Assembly: GCA_951406725.2 (NCBI GenBank)
Contig: OX597835.1
Coordinates: 28,954,001 to 29,018,000 of the forward strand
Direction of reading: 5' to 3'
DNA: 64,000 bases
Source: Octopus vulgaris
Lineage: Eukaryota
Position numbers and translations under genes: made by a program. Below the pieces are notes generated by a model. The model had not been told where the DNA came from. It was given only the letters and a program-made list of their open reading frames with translations, and searched no databases. The first letter of the stretch is position 1; each line of letters opens with the position of its first letter. Of the stretch, positions 13,936-28,342 are shown piece by piece.

Positions 13936-13972
13936 AAAATACTATGTATATGCATGTATGTGTGTGCGTATA

Positions 13973-14016
<44 letters not shown>

Positions 14017-14043
14017 TATATATACACACATATATATATATAC

Positions 14044-14075
<32 letters not shown>

Positions 14076-14132
14076 GTATATATATGTATGTATATATATA
14101 TATAAATATATACATATATGTATATAAATATG

Positions 14133-14209
<77 letters not shown>

Positions 14210-14211
<2 letters not shown>

Positions 14212-14440
14212 GGAATCTAATACTCTTAGCTTAGTTTTTTCTTGGGGCTGGGCAGATTGGAGCAATCTCGAGTATAATCGACCGAACTTGTGAAGACAAT
14301 CTGGTACTTGACTGACGAAAGAAAACTTCGAATGACCCGTACTTGGTTCCTTTGTATCGTCTATCTGAATATTTTGTTACCTCATTTTGTAGTACCTAAC
14401 TGTCCGGATTTTTTGCGTTCGTGTCCCATTTTTATTTTTA
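14210..14440 (+). mobile_element. Family F element (PLE terminal-repeat-like, structured motif), diverged copy
   Basis: TA-flanked; clear homology to 58640-58965(-) and 54440-54647(+). Confidence 0.65.
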
Positions 14441-14454
14441 TATATATACATACA

Positions 14455-14519
<65 letters not shown>

Positions 14520-15049
14520 AAGTGAGTAACAAATAGGTACAGTTGTCAATCCATTACAGCCGTTTCCAACGACTCCTTTATTTGAGAAAAGAAGCATTAC
14601 GTCATTGTAAAGAAAACCGCTTTGGTCGGATGAATTCATGAGCTCCAAACAATAGGGACAATTCAACATATTTCACATAGTTACAAATTCCCGGAGAATA
14701 AATATTATCTCGCTGCTTTATCACTACCCTATTTGCGAAGATAAAACCGTGGTATCGTTCCGTCACTTATGATAATTTAGTAGACTGAACTGATATTAAT
14801 TAGTTTTCTCACCACTGACCAATAGACATAAACTACTTCCTAAATATATAAATCTAGTTAGACGGTAGGGGCCGGTCCTTCCTCCCTTGTTAGAAGTATA
14901 GACAACTGGGTCATTTGTGTCAATTACTTCTCCCTGTTATAAACTCTGCTAACCCCTTTGTTTTCTTTGTTCTGACCAAATATACACTATTTTGTTAAAT
15001 TCTTTCGGCCAACTGAATAGTAACAGAATTAATGTAAATGTTTTTGCTC

Positions 15050-15051
15050 CG

Positions 15052-15138
<87 letters not shown>

Positions 15139-15160
15139 AGAGATAGACAGACAGGTAGGC

Positions 15161-15196
<36 letters not shown>

Positions 15197-15197
15197 T

Positions 15198-15234
<37 letters not shown>

Positions 15235-15266
15235 GTACTGCCACCACCACAACCACCACTATCACG

Positions 15267-15300
<34 letters not shown>

Positions 15301-15500
15301 CAAATATACATACACCACCACCACCACCACTACCACTGTCATCGTCATCATTATCATCGACATCATCAACCTCATCATCATCGTCGTCATCACCATTATC
15401 ATCACTACCATACAATCATCACCACCACCGTCATCATCATCATCATCATCATCACCGTCATCGTCGTCATCATCATCATCATCATCATCATCATCGTCTC
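15050..15500. repeat. (GA)n/(GATA)n/(CAT)n compound microsatellite
   Basis: Direct reading. Confidence 0.95.
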
Positions 15501-16078
15501 GTCATTTCATTCCATTTCTTACAATTCTTCTCATGTGTCCCACTTTTATCCATTTGTCTTTATATATTTAGTTTTGTACTTAACGTTTCTTGATGTTCGG
15601 TGGAAGTGAATTTTTTTTTTTTACTTTATTTGTTGTTGTTGTTGGTAGATTTTGGCTGCTGTTTCGAAATAATCTAACAGCCAGGTAGAATCTCCTCCAT
15701 TTTAACATTTGGTTGTTTCTGTGTTATATTTTATTTTGTTTTTCTTTTTTGTTAGTTTACTCGGAATAAACAGTAAACAAAGTTGGAATGAAGTTAAGTA
15801 TATCATCGTATGTTTACTTTCTGTTTCGGCTTGTCTATATTCTCGTTATTAACTTCGTATTCCTTATGTTTTCTGGGTTAACTCCCTTGTTCTCTCGCTA
15901 ACGATGCCAATGCAGAGAAACAGAGAGAGAGAACGGTGCAGAAGGGGTGGGGTGTAGTGTTTTGAGTTACCCCCTGTTCAGTTCTGATACCCTTGCAGAG
16001 ATGCTTGCACATATTTTGCAAATGTAGCTCTGAAATCATATGTGTACATACAATATACAAACACGTATATATATTATG

Positions 16079-16125
<47 letters not shown>

Positions 16126-16131
16126 GTATAT

Positions 16132-16181
<50 letters not shown>

Positions 16182-16182
16182 C

Positions 16183-16228
<46 letters not shown>

Positions 16229-16232
16229 GTAT

Positions 16233-16279
<47 letters not shown>

Positions 16280-16494
16280 ATATATATGTATATATATATA
16301 TATACACACATATAATATATATATGTATATATATATATACATATACATATATATATATACATATAATATATATATACATATATGCATATATATATACATA
16401 CATATATACACATATGTATGTGAATATATGTATATGTATATGCATGTGCGTGTGTTTGTGTACATATTCTTTTATTCTCTTTAAAAATTTTTTT

Positions 16495-16710
16495 TATTGA
16501 TTCAGTTATTTGACCGCGGCCATGCTGGAGCATCGCCTCGAACGGTTTAAGTCGAACAAATCGACCCCAGGACTTGTTTTTCAAGTCAAGTACTTATTCT
16601 ATCGGTCTTTTACCGAACGAACCGCTAAGTCACGGGGACGTAAACACTAACACCAGTTGCCAAGCAGTGGAGGGGGACAAAAACAGACACAAAGACAAAC
16701 ACACACACAG
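16495..16710 (-). mobile_element. SINE family B 3' half
   Basis: GCGGCCATGCTGGAGCA...TCGACCCCAGGACTT...GTACTTATTCTATCGGTC. Confidence 0.8.
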
Positions 16711-16883
16711 ACATATAAAGTGCGTAATTTTATAAATATAATTATAAAGTTATAATAAGGGCAGTTACAAGGTAATGCCACATTCTAGAAAAAGACATCA
16801 AATACCTCTAAACTACTTTATCTATCACACAGACACGTGCTGAAAGCGAGAGAATAAAGAAAAAGATTCTTTGAAAAAGTTTA

Positions 16884-16945
16884 GTCATATATCAATCAAT
16901 TTCGAGTTTAGTGATGTAATACCACTTTACTATCATCAGTATGAC
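16884..16945 (-). ncRNA. Type I hammerhead ribozyme motif
   Basis: Minus strand GTCATA-CTGATGA-tAGTaaAGTGGT..ATCACTaaACTc-GAAA-ttgattga-TA-TATGAC; 6-bp stem I. Confidence 0.7.
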
Positions 16946-17344
16946 ATAACCAAAAGTACATAATTATAAGCATTTATACATACCATACGAACACAATGTA
17001 TCCACAGTGCATATACAAAGGTTCACACTTATATACAAGGCAAAAATTTAGTTCATTCATCTCATCCACGTGCGAATAACCAAACTGATTCAGCAGATTT
17101 GCCTTAACTGGTTTTTACAGACCAGCCACTTTGATAAAATCCTATATAGATTTTATCCTTAATTTTAATTGATAAATATGAGTTCCCTTAAAGCAAAATT
17201 TATTCACTGTTGAATAATTTTGGTTATTCAAACGTGGCTGAGATGAACGAACTAGATTTTTGACTTGTATATAAGTGAGAACATTTGTATCAGGCTGAGT
17301 AAAACGTAAGCAAAGTTTTGAAACATGAAATACATCACAATATT

Positions 17345-17574
17345 ACTCTCTTTACTCTATTTTACTCTTTTACTTGTTTCAGTCATTTGACTGCGGCCAT
17401 GCTGGAGCACCGCCTTTAATCGAGCAACTCGACCCCGGGACTTATTCTTTTGTAAGCCCAGTACTTATTCTATCGGTCTCTTTAGCCGAAGCGCTAAGTA
17501 ACGGGACATAAACACACCAGCATCGGTTGTCAAGCAATGCTAGGGGGACAAACACAGACACACAAACACACACA

Positions 17575-17623
<49 letters not shown>

Positions 17624-17990
17624 CAAAACAATTAAGATTCAAATGAATTCAAATGAATATGGTACTTAACTTAGATGCACCAGAATTTAGCTGATGAATA
17701 CTTGACATTATATTTGCTGTAATATTTGCAGCTTTAAATAAAATGTTCTTAGTATGAAACAATTGTACTAAAGTACTGATCCATTCTTGTTACTTTTTTC
17801 TTGGTTATATATATATGCATATATACGGCGGACTTCTTTTCAGTTTCCGTCTACCAAATCCACTCACATGGCTTTGGTCGGCCCGAGGCTATAGTAGAAG
17901 ACACTTGCCCAAGGTGCCACGCAGTGGGACTGAACCCGGAACCATGTGGTTTGTAAGCAAGCTACTTACCACACAGCCACTCCTGCGCCT
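17345..17990 (-). mobile_element. SINE family B split by an about 200-bp insertion in its internal (TA)n
   Basis: 3' half 17345-17570 and 5' half 17823-17990 are collinear on the minus strand. Confidence 0.8.
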
Positions 17991-17994
17991 GTTT

Positions 17995-18535
17995 CAACAA
18001 TGCAGTAATTTTGTTCATCAAATTAACGGCCATTACAATCACCACATGTTTGCCAACGACTTACAGGTTTATTTATCCCAGTAACATAAAAATCTGGAGT
18101 TCAGGAGCTGATGAACTCTTTGAACGCACTTTCAGATTCGGCTCGATTTTTTTAAACTCCTTCGCTCGCAAGAAACCATGAATATGCTTGAAAAAGTGGT
18201 AGTCGGTAGGAGGAAGATATGGGGAATAGGTTGGGCTGGGAAGAACTTCGTAGCCAGGTCCCCTCAACTTCTGGAGCGTCATTAGTGAAACGTGTAGTCG
18301 AGCATTGTCATGAATAAGAATTGGCCCTCTTCTGTTGACCAGTCTAGGACGAAGGAGTAACAGTTTTCCTTTCATTTTAGCAATTTCATGCCAATAGGTT
18401 TCTACAGTAATGGTTTTCCCGGGTTTTAAGAAGTTATAGGGGACGAGTCCAGCAGTACATCACTAAACAGTCACCGTAAACTTCTTTTTGAAGAGCTCGG
18501 GTTTAGGAAAGATTTTCTGTGCTTCATTTTTGTCA
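17995..18535 (-). pseudogene. mariner transposase relic (DD34D region)
   Basis: ORF 18073-18375: PILIHDNARLH...LPSPTYSPYLPPTDYHFF, matching mariner HDNARPH and HPPYSPDLAPSDYHLF. Confidence 0.85.
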
Positions 18536-18549
18536 AACCAATGCGAAGA

Positions 18550-18700
18550 ACCTGGGTTCTAACAGATGTTCAAAATTTCCTCTTTTAACATTACAACATT
18601 CTTCAAACCTCTTCAGAACATTCTGACACACAGTGCGGCACAAATTCCGATCTCCATCAATTTCAGTCAATGCGTCAGAAAAGTGGGAGGTAGTAATCCG
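18550..18700 (-). pseudogene. Tc1/mariner-superfamily transposase C-terminal relic
   Basis: LCRTVCQNVLKRFEECCNVKRGNFEHLL resembles the R...C....GGHFEHLL terminus of this superfamily. Confidence 0.55.
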
Positions 18701-18882
18701 TTTTTTTGTCCATGATAGACAGCTCTGATCATCTCGTAGCACACATATGTAAGAATGTATGTATGTATGTATGTATGTATGTATGTATGTATGTATGTAT
18801 ATGGTTGCGTACACTTGAGTATGATTGTAATCATGTACTCATGTAACAATGCTTGAATTTATAAATGTACATATTATCCAGT

Positions 18883-18954
<72 letters not shown>

Positions 18955-19021
18955 ACCGCGTGTGTACCGTTGGCGATTTTTTTCCTCTGTCTTCCCTTCT
19001 CTGGATCATTCCTTCTCCTAC

Positions 19022-19056
19022 GTTTCCGACGAAGAGCTACGCTCGAAACGTTAAAC
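19022..19056 (+). ncRNA. Minimal type I hammerhead motif, CCGACGA core, within an about 200-bp TA/TG-flanked element (18952-19160)
   Basis: GTTT-CCGACGA-aGAGCtacGCTC-GAAACGTT-A-AAC; palindromic AACGTT at stem III. Confidence 0.6.
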
Positions 19057-19159
19057 CCTTCTTCTTTCCGTCTTTCCTGAACGTCCGATAATACTATATT
19101 TGTTCCACGTCCTCGCGTTGTTGTGTTTTTTTTTGTGCTTTCTTGTTTGGATTAACTAT

Positions 19160-19722
<563 letters not shown>

Positions 19723-19968
19723 CTTCAACTTGAATTCCTCTTATGGGGTTCTGAAACCTCCTTTACCCCATTTCTACAATTAAAAAATCTTTATTACTTC
19801 TAACCTTACAGCAGTTAGGAACAGCCATATCTTAGTCAGTCAGTGGAAGGACTTCACTACCTCATATGTCCTTAAAATTTAAATCTACATCTTTGTCTGT
19901 ATATCAACCTTCTCTATAATGTTGCCACTTGATTTCAAAATTTTTGTATTAATGGAAAACCTCTATAA

Positions 19969-20054
19969 TTGGCTGATGAGTACTCAGCATCTTAAATCTG
20001 TTGTAATACTTACAATATTTAATAAAATGATGTAATACGAAACGATTGTACCAA
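19969..20054 (+). ncRNA. Type I hammerhead ribozyme motif
   Basis: TTGG-CTGATGA-GTA...TAC-GAAA-C-GATT-G-TA-CCAA, inside a TA/TG-flanked segment (about 19720-20090). Confidence 0.7.
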
Positions 20055-20087
20055 ACTACCGGAGTCATTCTTGTTGCTTATTTTGAT

Positions 20088-20194
<107 letters not shown>

Positions 20195-20300
20195 TGTTTC
20201 ATCGGAAGATGATATCAAAAAACAAACCAAAAATCTTTTTCAGTTGGCAATAGTGTATGGATGTCTTCTGTCTTGATTTTGAACAGCGCAGGAGTTTTGT

Positions 20301-20468
20301 AGGCGCAGGAGTGGCTGTGTGGTAAGTAGCTTGCTTACCAACCACATGGTTCTAGGTTCAGTCCGGCTGCGTGGCACCTTGGGCAAGTGTCTTTTACTAT
20401 AGCCTCGGGACGACCAAAGCCTTGTGAGTGGATTTGGTCGACGGAAACTGAAAGAAGCCCGTCGTATA
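20301..20468 (+). mobile_element. SINE family B 5' half (3' half at about 24975-25180)
   Basis: AGGCGCAGGAGTGGCTGTGTGGTAAG...GAAAGAAGCCCGTCGTATA. Confidence 0.85.
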
Positions 20469-20469
20469 T

Positions 20470-20868
20470 GACAAATGTATGTTCAATAATGATTGCCTGA
20501 GGAAAGAGGTGGTTTATCAAAGTATTGTGAATACACAACATGATAGTAGGGTGTATATCGGTGCGACTAAAAATAGTATGAAACAACGACTGAACTATCA
20601 TTGATACACTTTTAAAAATAAAAATAGGATGAATTCTACAGGGTTAAGTACTTATATTTGGGAACTTAAGAGCGAGAATAAAGATTTTAATTTAAATTGG
20701 AAAATACTCACTTCGGCACCAGTATATAATAATAGAACTAAAAAATGCTCTTTATGCATCAATGAAATCTTTATTATCAAAGCTAGCTTACTTTTTATTA
20801 ATAATCTTAATGAGCGTAAAATATCTTGCCTTCACAGACTAGCGTATACTTTCTCTAGATTTAAATAG
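20470..20868 (+). pseudogene. GIY-YIG endonuclease remnant of a Penelope-like element (Naiad-like)
   Basis: One frame: DKCMFNNDCLRKEVVYQSIVNTQHDSRVYIGATKNSMKQRLNYH*YTFKNKNRMNSTGLSTYIWELK...WKIL...YNNRTKKCSLCINE...LNERKISCLHR; shows VVY/YIG, catalytic R, CxxC and C-x-H motifs. Confidence 0.85.
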
Positions 20869-21237
20869 CACCTAGTTTTTAATCTGTAATTTTTTAACAT
20901 TTTTATCTAGGAATACTTATTCTGATTTTCTTCATGGGCATTATAATTCATATTTTTATATTTCTATATTTCTATATATAAGTGTTCTGTATTGATTAGT
21001 TTTGTTTTGGTTTGAAAATATATTGAAATATGTATGTATATTTTGATATATACATGCTTTTTTGATCTACAAGGAATTTTCCATTGGTGTCGAACATGTA
21101 CATACACCATATCATATGGTGTTGGTTTGGGACTTTGATATATTGATCTGTACCTAGTTTGGGTCTATATTAATTACATGGTGTTTACCTTTGGATAAGT
21201 ATGTGTATATATATTTACATATATGTGTGTGTCTGTG

Positions 21238-21310
<73 letters not shown>

Positions 21311-21809
21311 TATATATGTATATATATATGTATATGTATATATATGTTGGTGTATGTGTTTGTCTATACATGCATGTGTATACCTACGGGGATATATGTA
21401 ATTGTATACGTATATCTATCTTCCTTGTGGGTCTTCCCATGTATTTGATTGGTAGTCTTAAATATTAAGTTCTCTATGTATATATGTATATTTGTACTTA
21501 TTTGTACTTATTTTCGTAATTTTTTATTTTTTATTTACTGGTACTTATTAATTTATAATTTATAATTCATAATTTATTTTAACATATATATGTATATGTA
21601 TATATGTTCATTTATGTTTGTGTATGCATGAATGTATGTATATGCAAAGCTGTGGGCATGCATGTATATCTGTACTTCCGAATGTGCATGTAGGTATGTC
21701 TACATATGTTCATGTGTATGTTTATATATACATGTTCACTGGTGGGTATGTGTGTATATGTATATATATATACGTGTGTGTATGTATGTGTATATATATG
21801 TATGCAGAT

Positions 21810-23410
21810 ATATATTGGTGTAGTTCTCCATACCTGTATATATATATTTAAGTGTATGTGTATGTGTTGTTTAAATTGTGTATGTGCGTGCACAGCGATA
21901 TGTATTCATATCTATTCACGGAGTGTATTTGTATGTAGGAGGATTTAGATATGTCTATCTTAATAAAGTATATTATAGGTACTTAATTGTATATATACCT
22001 GTATTTATGTATAGGTGTGTGTAATATGTATTTAAAAAAAATTTTGTATATATATGTACATGACTATATATATATTAAATTTATGTTTATAAGTGTATAT
22101 TTGTTACTTATATGTATATTTATGTGTGGATATATAGGTATATAAGTGCGTATGTATGAGTCTATATATATATATAGGTTCTTGTCGGTTTATAATAAAT
22201 AAGCATGAATACACCGACAAGATATATAAACATTATAACATTTGTTTAATCACATATTATGTTTTAGGGGTATATAGATATAATAATGAATAACTCCAGT
22301 TTCTTTTTAAAAAATAACTCTACATTTGTTCTGGTATTTAGATGTATTATTTTCTTGGATTAAGGTTTTACAGAATTTAAGCTATGGCATGCATCTATAC
22401 CTGTACTTCTGTCTGTATGTATGACTATGTATATTTATGTTTTATGGGTGAATTTGCGTATGTGTGTGTATATATGTATATATGTGTATGTAGGTGTATA
22501 TATGTATGTATATATATGTGTGTATAATTAAAATCACAATATGGGTGAAAAAATTGAATATTACTTAATAACATCAATTTAAAACACCAAGTGGCCTAGC
22601 GTATAAAGACTGGGATACAGTAAAAATTATTAATATAAGTAATGAGAGAGAGTCCACATGTGGTCACTCTAACGCTAGATATAGATGCACGAAGGGAATC
22701 TACCACTAAAGAAATGTTCTCAAGAATTAATTCAACGCGCCAAGAATTGTATAGAGTTAATCTATTTTTTCGTTATTTTTTATTTGTCCTGCTCGCTTAC
22801 ATTCTTGGCGCGTTGAATTAATTCTTGAGAACATTTCTTTAGTGGTAGATTCCCTTCGTGCATCTATATCTAGCGTTAGAGTGACCACATGTGGACTTTC
22901 TCTCATTACTTGTATATATGTGTATATATATATTGGTGCAGTTTTCCATACCTATATATATTTATTGATGTTGTGTATGTACGTGTACATATGGATGTGT
23001 ATTCATATTTTCTTAAGGAGTATATTTATATGTAGGAGGATATATACGTATGTCTATTCTTTTAGGGTACATTTAGGTACTTGAGTGTATGTATACCTGT
23101 ATATATATATTAAATTTAGGTTTATAGGTGCATATCTGTTACTTATATGTATATTTATGTGTAGGTATTTGGGTATAAAAGTACATATGTATGAGTCTAT
23201 GTAAAAATGTTATTGTCGGTGTATACCAAAAAATAAGCATGTATACACCGATAAGATATAAATTACGTAACATTTGATAAATTATATATCGTGATTAGGG
23301 GTACATAGTTGTAATAATGAATAACTCCGGTTTCTTATTAAATATTAACCTTATGTTTGTTTTATATATGGATGTATAAATTGCTAGGATAAAGTTTATA
23401 CAGAATTACA
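21810..23410 (+). repeat. Diverged direct duplication of about 500-570 bp (about 21810-22380 and 22930-23410)
   Basis: Shared ordered anchors TATTGGTG.AGTT.TCCATACCT, TGTAGGAGGAT, TAAGCATG.ATACACCGA.AAGATATA, ATAATGAATAACTCC.GTTTCTT. Confidence 0.8.
22637..22911. repeat. 111-bp near-perfect inverted repeat (22637-22747 / 22801-22911)
   Basis: Arms are reverse complements with about 1 mismatch; 53-bp spacer. Confidence 0.92.
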
Positions 23411-24596
23411 ATTTGAGCAAACTCATACTTCTAAATATTGATATCTGGACAGTTTCGTAATATTTTGGGTTTTTTACGGTATATTCGGTGTAATTTTTAA
23501 TTATGTATCTTCCGCAAATAACGTATTTTTTCTGTACCCTAGTTATTGTAAATATGTTTGCTGAGTTTATATCCCTTTTGTAAGCTTTATCTGAATATTT
23601 TCCAATCTTTGCTTAATATTAATCCTTACGTTTTCTACCCTTTTAGGCCCCTCTTTTTTGTACATTACGAATTACCCTTCAACCTTTTTCGATGTAATAA
23701 CAATTAGTATTATCTTAATTTTAATGATTCTTAATATTATTTTAGTTATTAGTACGTATGTGTATGTATGTATATGCATATATGTGTATGTGGTTGTTTA
23801 TGGGTATATGTATTTGTTTATATGTATATATATATATGGATATATACGGATGTAGTTATGTATGTACGCATGTTTGTGTGTATGAAAGTTTGTATTTCTA
23901 TGCTTATGTTTATCTATGTGTGTATGTGTATGTCCGCATATATATGCGCATGTATGTAAGTGTATCTTAACCAACCAACCGTAACTAAGACAACTGAAAT
24001 TCAAATGTGCCAACTAATCGTATTGAGCTTTAAATCTTAAATAATTTACAAACCTGCTAACAAATATCAATCACCGTCCGAACTTCGATTTGTATGTATG
24101 TATACGCATGCACAGTTTTGGTTTTTCTATGATGTAAAGGAATATTTTTTCTTTATATATGTGTTTGTTGAGCTATACTGTATTGTATTATATTATTATA
24201 TTATTATATTATGCTGTTGCTGTATTCTATGTGATATTTTCCACCTACTATGTATTGTGAATGGCGGAATGCACATATTCTTTTACTGGTATTATTATTA
24301 TTATTATTATTAATAATAATAATAATAATAATATTAATGGCCTTTTGTAACGGAATACAATGAACTCTGGACTTTGTATATGTACATTTTCATGTGGATG
24401 TGTGTATGTATGTATATTCTAATATATTGATTTGACTAACTGTAACCTTATGTGTATGTATATTATTATGTATATACTCATATATATGTAGGTGCATGTG
24501 TATATACACTTATATGTATGTGTAGGTATGTATATGTACTTATTCTTGTATATACCTTCATACCTTCATATTATACCTCTCTAACTGTACTTTATA

Positions 24597-24717
24597 ATCT
24601 CTGAAGAGGCCTTGGGATATATATATCTCATTTATAACCACATATTACCTTAATACACCTGGCTAATATGAGCATAATGAGATACTCTTATCTACATGGC
24701 TGAAACAGCTGTAAGAT
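24597..24717 (+). ncRNA. Type I hammerhead ribozyme motif with long loop 2
   Basis: ATCT-CTGAAGA-GGCC...GGCT-GAAA-C-AGCT-G-TA-AGAT. Confidence 0.75.
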
Positions 24718-24923
24718 CCATTATATATTTATATTTATTTATATTTATTTATACGTATTGTACTTATGGTATTATATTACTCATTGATGTGTACTGTTTT
24801 ATTCTGTATTATTATGTTTGATTTGGATGTTCCTATACAATTAGTTAATAAATTATATGAATTGGTATTATCTGGTAGTTGATGATTGATTAAAATATAT
24901 TCCTCCATTTTCTTATTTTGTAT

Positions 24924-24974
<51 letters not shown>

Positions 24975-24976
<2 letters not shown>

Positions 24977-25180
24977 ATGTTTGTGTGTTTGTGTTTGTCT
25001 CCCCAACATCGCTTGACAACCGACGCTGGTGTGTTTACGTCCCCGAAACTAAGCTATTCGGCAAAAGAGACTGATAGAATAAGTACTGGGCTTACAAAGA
25101 ATAAGTCTTGGGGTCAATTTTCTCGACTAATGGCGGTGCTTCAGCATGGCCGCAGTCAAATGACTGAAACAAGTAAAGAG
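24975..25180 (+). mobile_element. SINE family B 3' half
   Basis: CCCCAACATCGCTTGACAACCGA...GCATGGCCGCAGTCAAATGACTGAAACAAGTAAAG. Confidence 0.85.
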
Positions 25181-25321
25181 AGAGCCTGCTTATATGTGTG
25201 AATATATACGCACACACACACACATTTTTGAATATTTATTCATGGGTGGACAATGCATTATGTATATATGCGTTTATGTATGCATGTATTTATACATTCT
25301 CAGTTGTATATATGAATGTAC

Positions 25322-25384
<63 letters not shown>

Positions 25385-25811
25385 GTGTATGTACATATAT
25401 GTATGAAAGAATATATATGTTAATAGATGTATGTATGCAAGCATGTATGTATGTAACGTAAGGACTAGTAAATGTAATTTGAAAAATCCAAGCCATAAAG
25501 TTGAAAGAGGGTACGTTCAACCCGGGATGCACGTACCCTCCTTCCAGCTGTCTCTCATAAAAATGTAAGGTTTACATTAAAATTAGATTTGTTACTTTCA
25601 GTCATGTATGTATTATATATCTTAAGTATGCGTTGAATGACTTGCATTCATGCAGTAAACACTACTGGTATGTATGTATGTGTGTTTGTTTGTTTGTTTG
25701 TTTGTTTGTATGCATGTATGTAGGTATGTATGTATGTATTATGTGGTGTTCATACATACGCACACATATATATATACATTATATGTATGTATACATATAT
25801 ATATACATATT

Positions 25812-25862
<51 letters not shown>

Positions 25863-27065
25863 TACATTATATATATTATATAATATATAATATATATATA
25901 CATATATACATATATTTGTATGTATAATACTATTTCAATTGTAACAGAAAATGCTAGCAGTAAGCACAAACTAAAATAAAAACAGACATTTTAAGCATGT
26001 CGTGTAAGGTTCTTGATAACAACAACAGCAATAGCAACAACAACAACAATATCATAGATGCACGTACTGCTTCAAGTGTAAAGATGACTAATGATAAATT
26101 GCTTTATGCTAGATTATTTTTCAAGCAGGCAAAACTCTCGGTGTGAAATATTTTTCCGAAAGCCTCGAATCTAGGTAGAAATCTGTGCTCCGAACTGGGG
26201 CCAGCCTTCCATAATCCAATTACAGAGATCCGTAACAGAGATAAAAAAAAAAAATTTTTAAAACTAACTTTGTCTTGCTAATCAGGAAACATGATAGCTA
26301 ATCCTCTCAAAACATGAATTGGAGAAAACACGTCTGGCAAATAATTTGAGTGAAATTTTCTTCATTGTGTGACGGAGGGCAAATAGCTTGTGTGCCATCT
26401 AAGGCGCCGAACTGGCAGAACCGTTAGAGGGTGGTCGGCCGGCTAGAAACCTGTCACTATGTTATGTGGAAAACTACTATTGCTACAGAAACAGCAAGAA
26501 AAATTGTCAACAATACCTGGTATGAAGAGGAATCCACGCCTCAAGTGAGCACACGAGCGAGTCAAAGCGGAGACATTACTTGGCATCTCACAAAAAGTTC
26601 GCCCGCGAGAGCCAACGAAAAAAAAATTGAATTACCTCTTGGAATGATCGAATCAAATTCATAGACATTATAAACAAAAAGAAAAAGAAAAACAAGAAGA
26701 AAAGGAGTCTTTTTATTGTATACGCTAGTAATAGCATGACTTTGAGTCAAAATCAGAAAGGAAGACAGAGAACGGGATGAGCTGGAAGAACCATTTGAAC
26801 GTAAGGTAAAAAGTATTGTAATGTTCCTTTTCAAACTTTACGTTTTGAGTTCAAATTACGCTGAAGTCCACTTTGTTTTCTTTCTTTTCAAGATCAATAA
26901 AAAGAAAGTACCAGTCACGTACTAGAATCCATAATATCGAATAATCCTCTACTATGAAATAGAACAAAATATTTCCATTGTAACAAAATGCAAAACCGTA
27001 GTTATTGCTGTGATTTGGAAAAACCGTTAAAGATCCGCAAAGCATTGCATTATTTGTTGTTATTT

Positions 27066-27860
27066 AAGACGGTGAGCTTTTAGAATGATCAATAGCCAGG
27101 CGAAATGCGTAGCTGTATTTCATCTACGGCTACGTTCTGAGTTCAAATTCCGCCGAGGTTTACTTTGCCTTTCATCCTTTCGGGGCAGATAAATTAAGTA
27201 CCAGTTACGCACTGGGGACCGATATAATCAACTTAATCCGTCTGTCTGTCCTTGTTTGTTTCCTCTCTGTGTTTAGCCCCTTGTGGGTAGTAAAGAAATA
27301 GGTATTTCGTCTACCGCTACGTTCTGAGTTCAAATTTCGCCGAGGTCGACTTTGCCTTTCATCCTTTCGGGGTCGATTAAATAAGTACCAGTTACACACT
27401 GGGGTCGATATAATCGACTTAATCCGTTTGTCTGTCCTTGTTTGTCCTCTCTGTGTTTAGCCCCTTGTGGGCAATAAAGAAATAGGTACTTCGTCCGTCT
27501 TCATGTTCTGAGTTCAAATTCCGCCGAGGTCGACTTTACTTTTCATCCTGTTGAGATCGATAAAATAAGTACTAGTTGAGTACCGGAGTCGAGGTAATCG
27601 ACTAACTCCCCTGTTTCAAAATTTTAAATCATAATTGGTTTCGTTATAAAAGCGACGAGTTGACAGAATCGGTAGCATGCCAGACAAAATGCTTAGCGGC
27701 ATTTCGTCCGTATTTGCGTTCCGAGTTCAAATTCCACCCAGGTCGACTTTACCTTTCATCCTTTTGGAGTTGATACAATACCTACCAATTACACATTGGG
27801 GTCGATCTAATCGACCTATGCCTCCCTCCTACATTGGTGGTCTTGTGTCAAAACATGAAA
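27066..27860 (+). mobile_element. SINE family A trimer plus a further diverged monomer
   Basis: Bodies joined at GAAATA|GGTA(T/C)TTCGTC at about 27300 and 27485. Confidence 0.85.
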
Positions 27861-28267
27861 GCGATATTTGTTTCGTTATCTTAAGTCTCAGGTTCAAATC
27901 TTGACAAGGTCGATCCTGTCTTTAATTGATCTAGGATCAATAAAATAAAATATTGAGGACTGGATCGATTTGGCTGAAATAATTATTAGGAATTGTCGGT
28001 AGATAGACGGGTAGATTAACATACATATACGCACGCATACACATGTACATACATGTATGTTTGCGAGCAGATTTACAATTATACATACATACACAAATAT
28101 GTGCACAAACAAACATACCTATATATATACGTAAAAACATATACACACATAAAACATAAAAAGCACACATACAAAGGTACATGCGCATACATAATCGCAC
28201 AAATATATATGTATATATTCGTAAATATATACATACCTACATATACATATGTATACATACACACGTG

Positions 28268-28318
<51 letters not shown>

Positions 28319-28342
28319 ACACACATAAATATATGAATATAT

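Larger units (their letters stand above)
20470..24925 (+). mobile_element. 5'-truncated PLE (about 4.45 kb including nested material): endonuclease end, long AT-rich 3' region, terminal HHR
   Basis: Bounded by the two halves of one SINE B; GIY-YIG at the 5' end and HHR about 200 bp from the 3' end. Confidence 0.6.

Noticed and set aside
20602-20604. In-frame TGA in the GIY-YIG remnant as possible selenocysteine (some Naiad PLEs encode selenoproteins)
   Set aside because: It falls after the conserved His at a position that is not a Cys site; CGA/AGA-to-TGA decay is simpler and no SECIS was seen. Revisit only if the family consensus has TGA.
26431-26834. Purine-rich, exon-like stretch ending near GTAAGG
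   Set aside because: Stops in the plausible frames and no partner exons; more likely an old LINE fragment, not assignable.
27066-27620. Regularly spaced repeats resembling a CRISPR array
   Set aside because: Whole about 185-bp units repeat with no unique spacers; eukaryotic SINE multimer, no cas genes.
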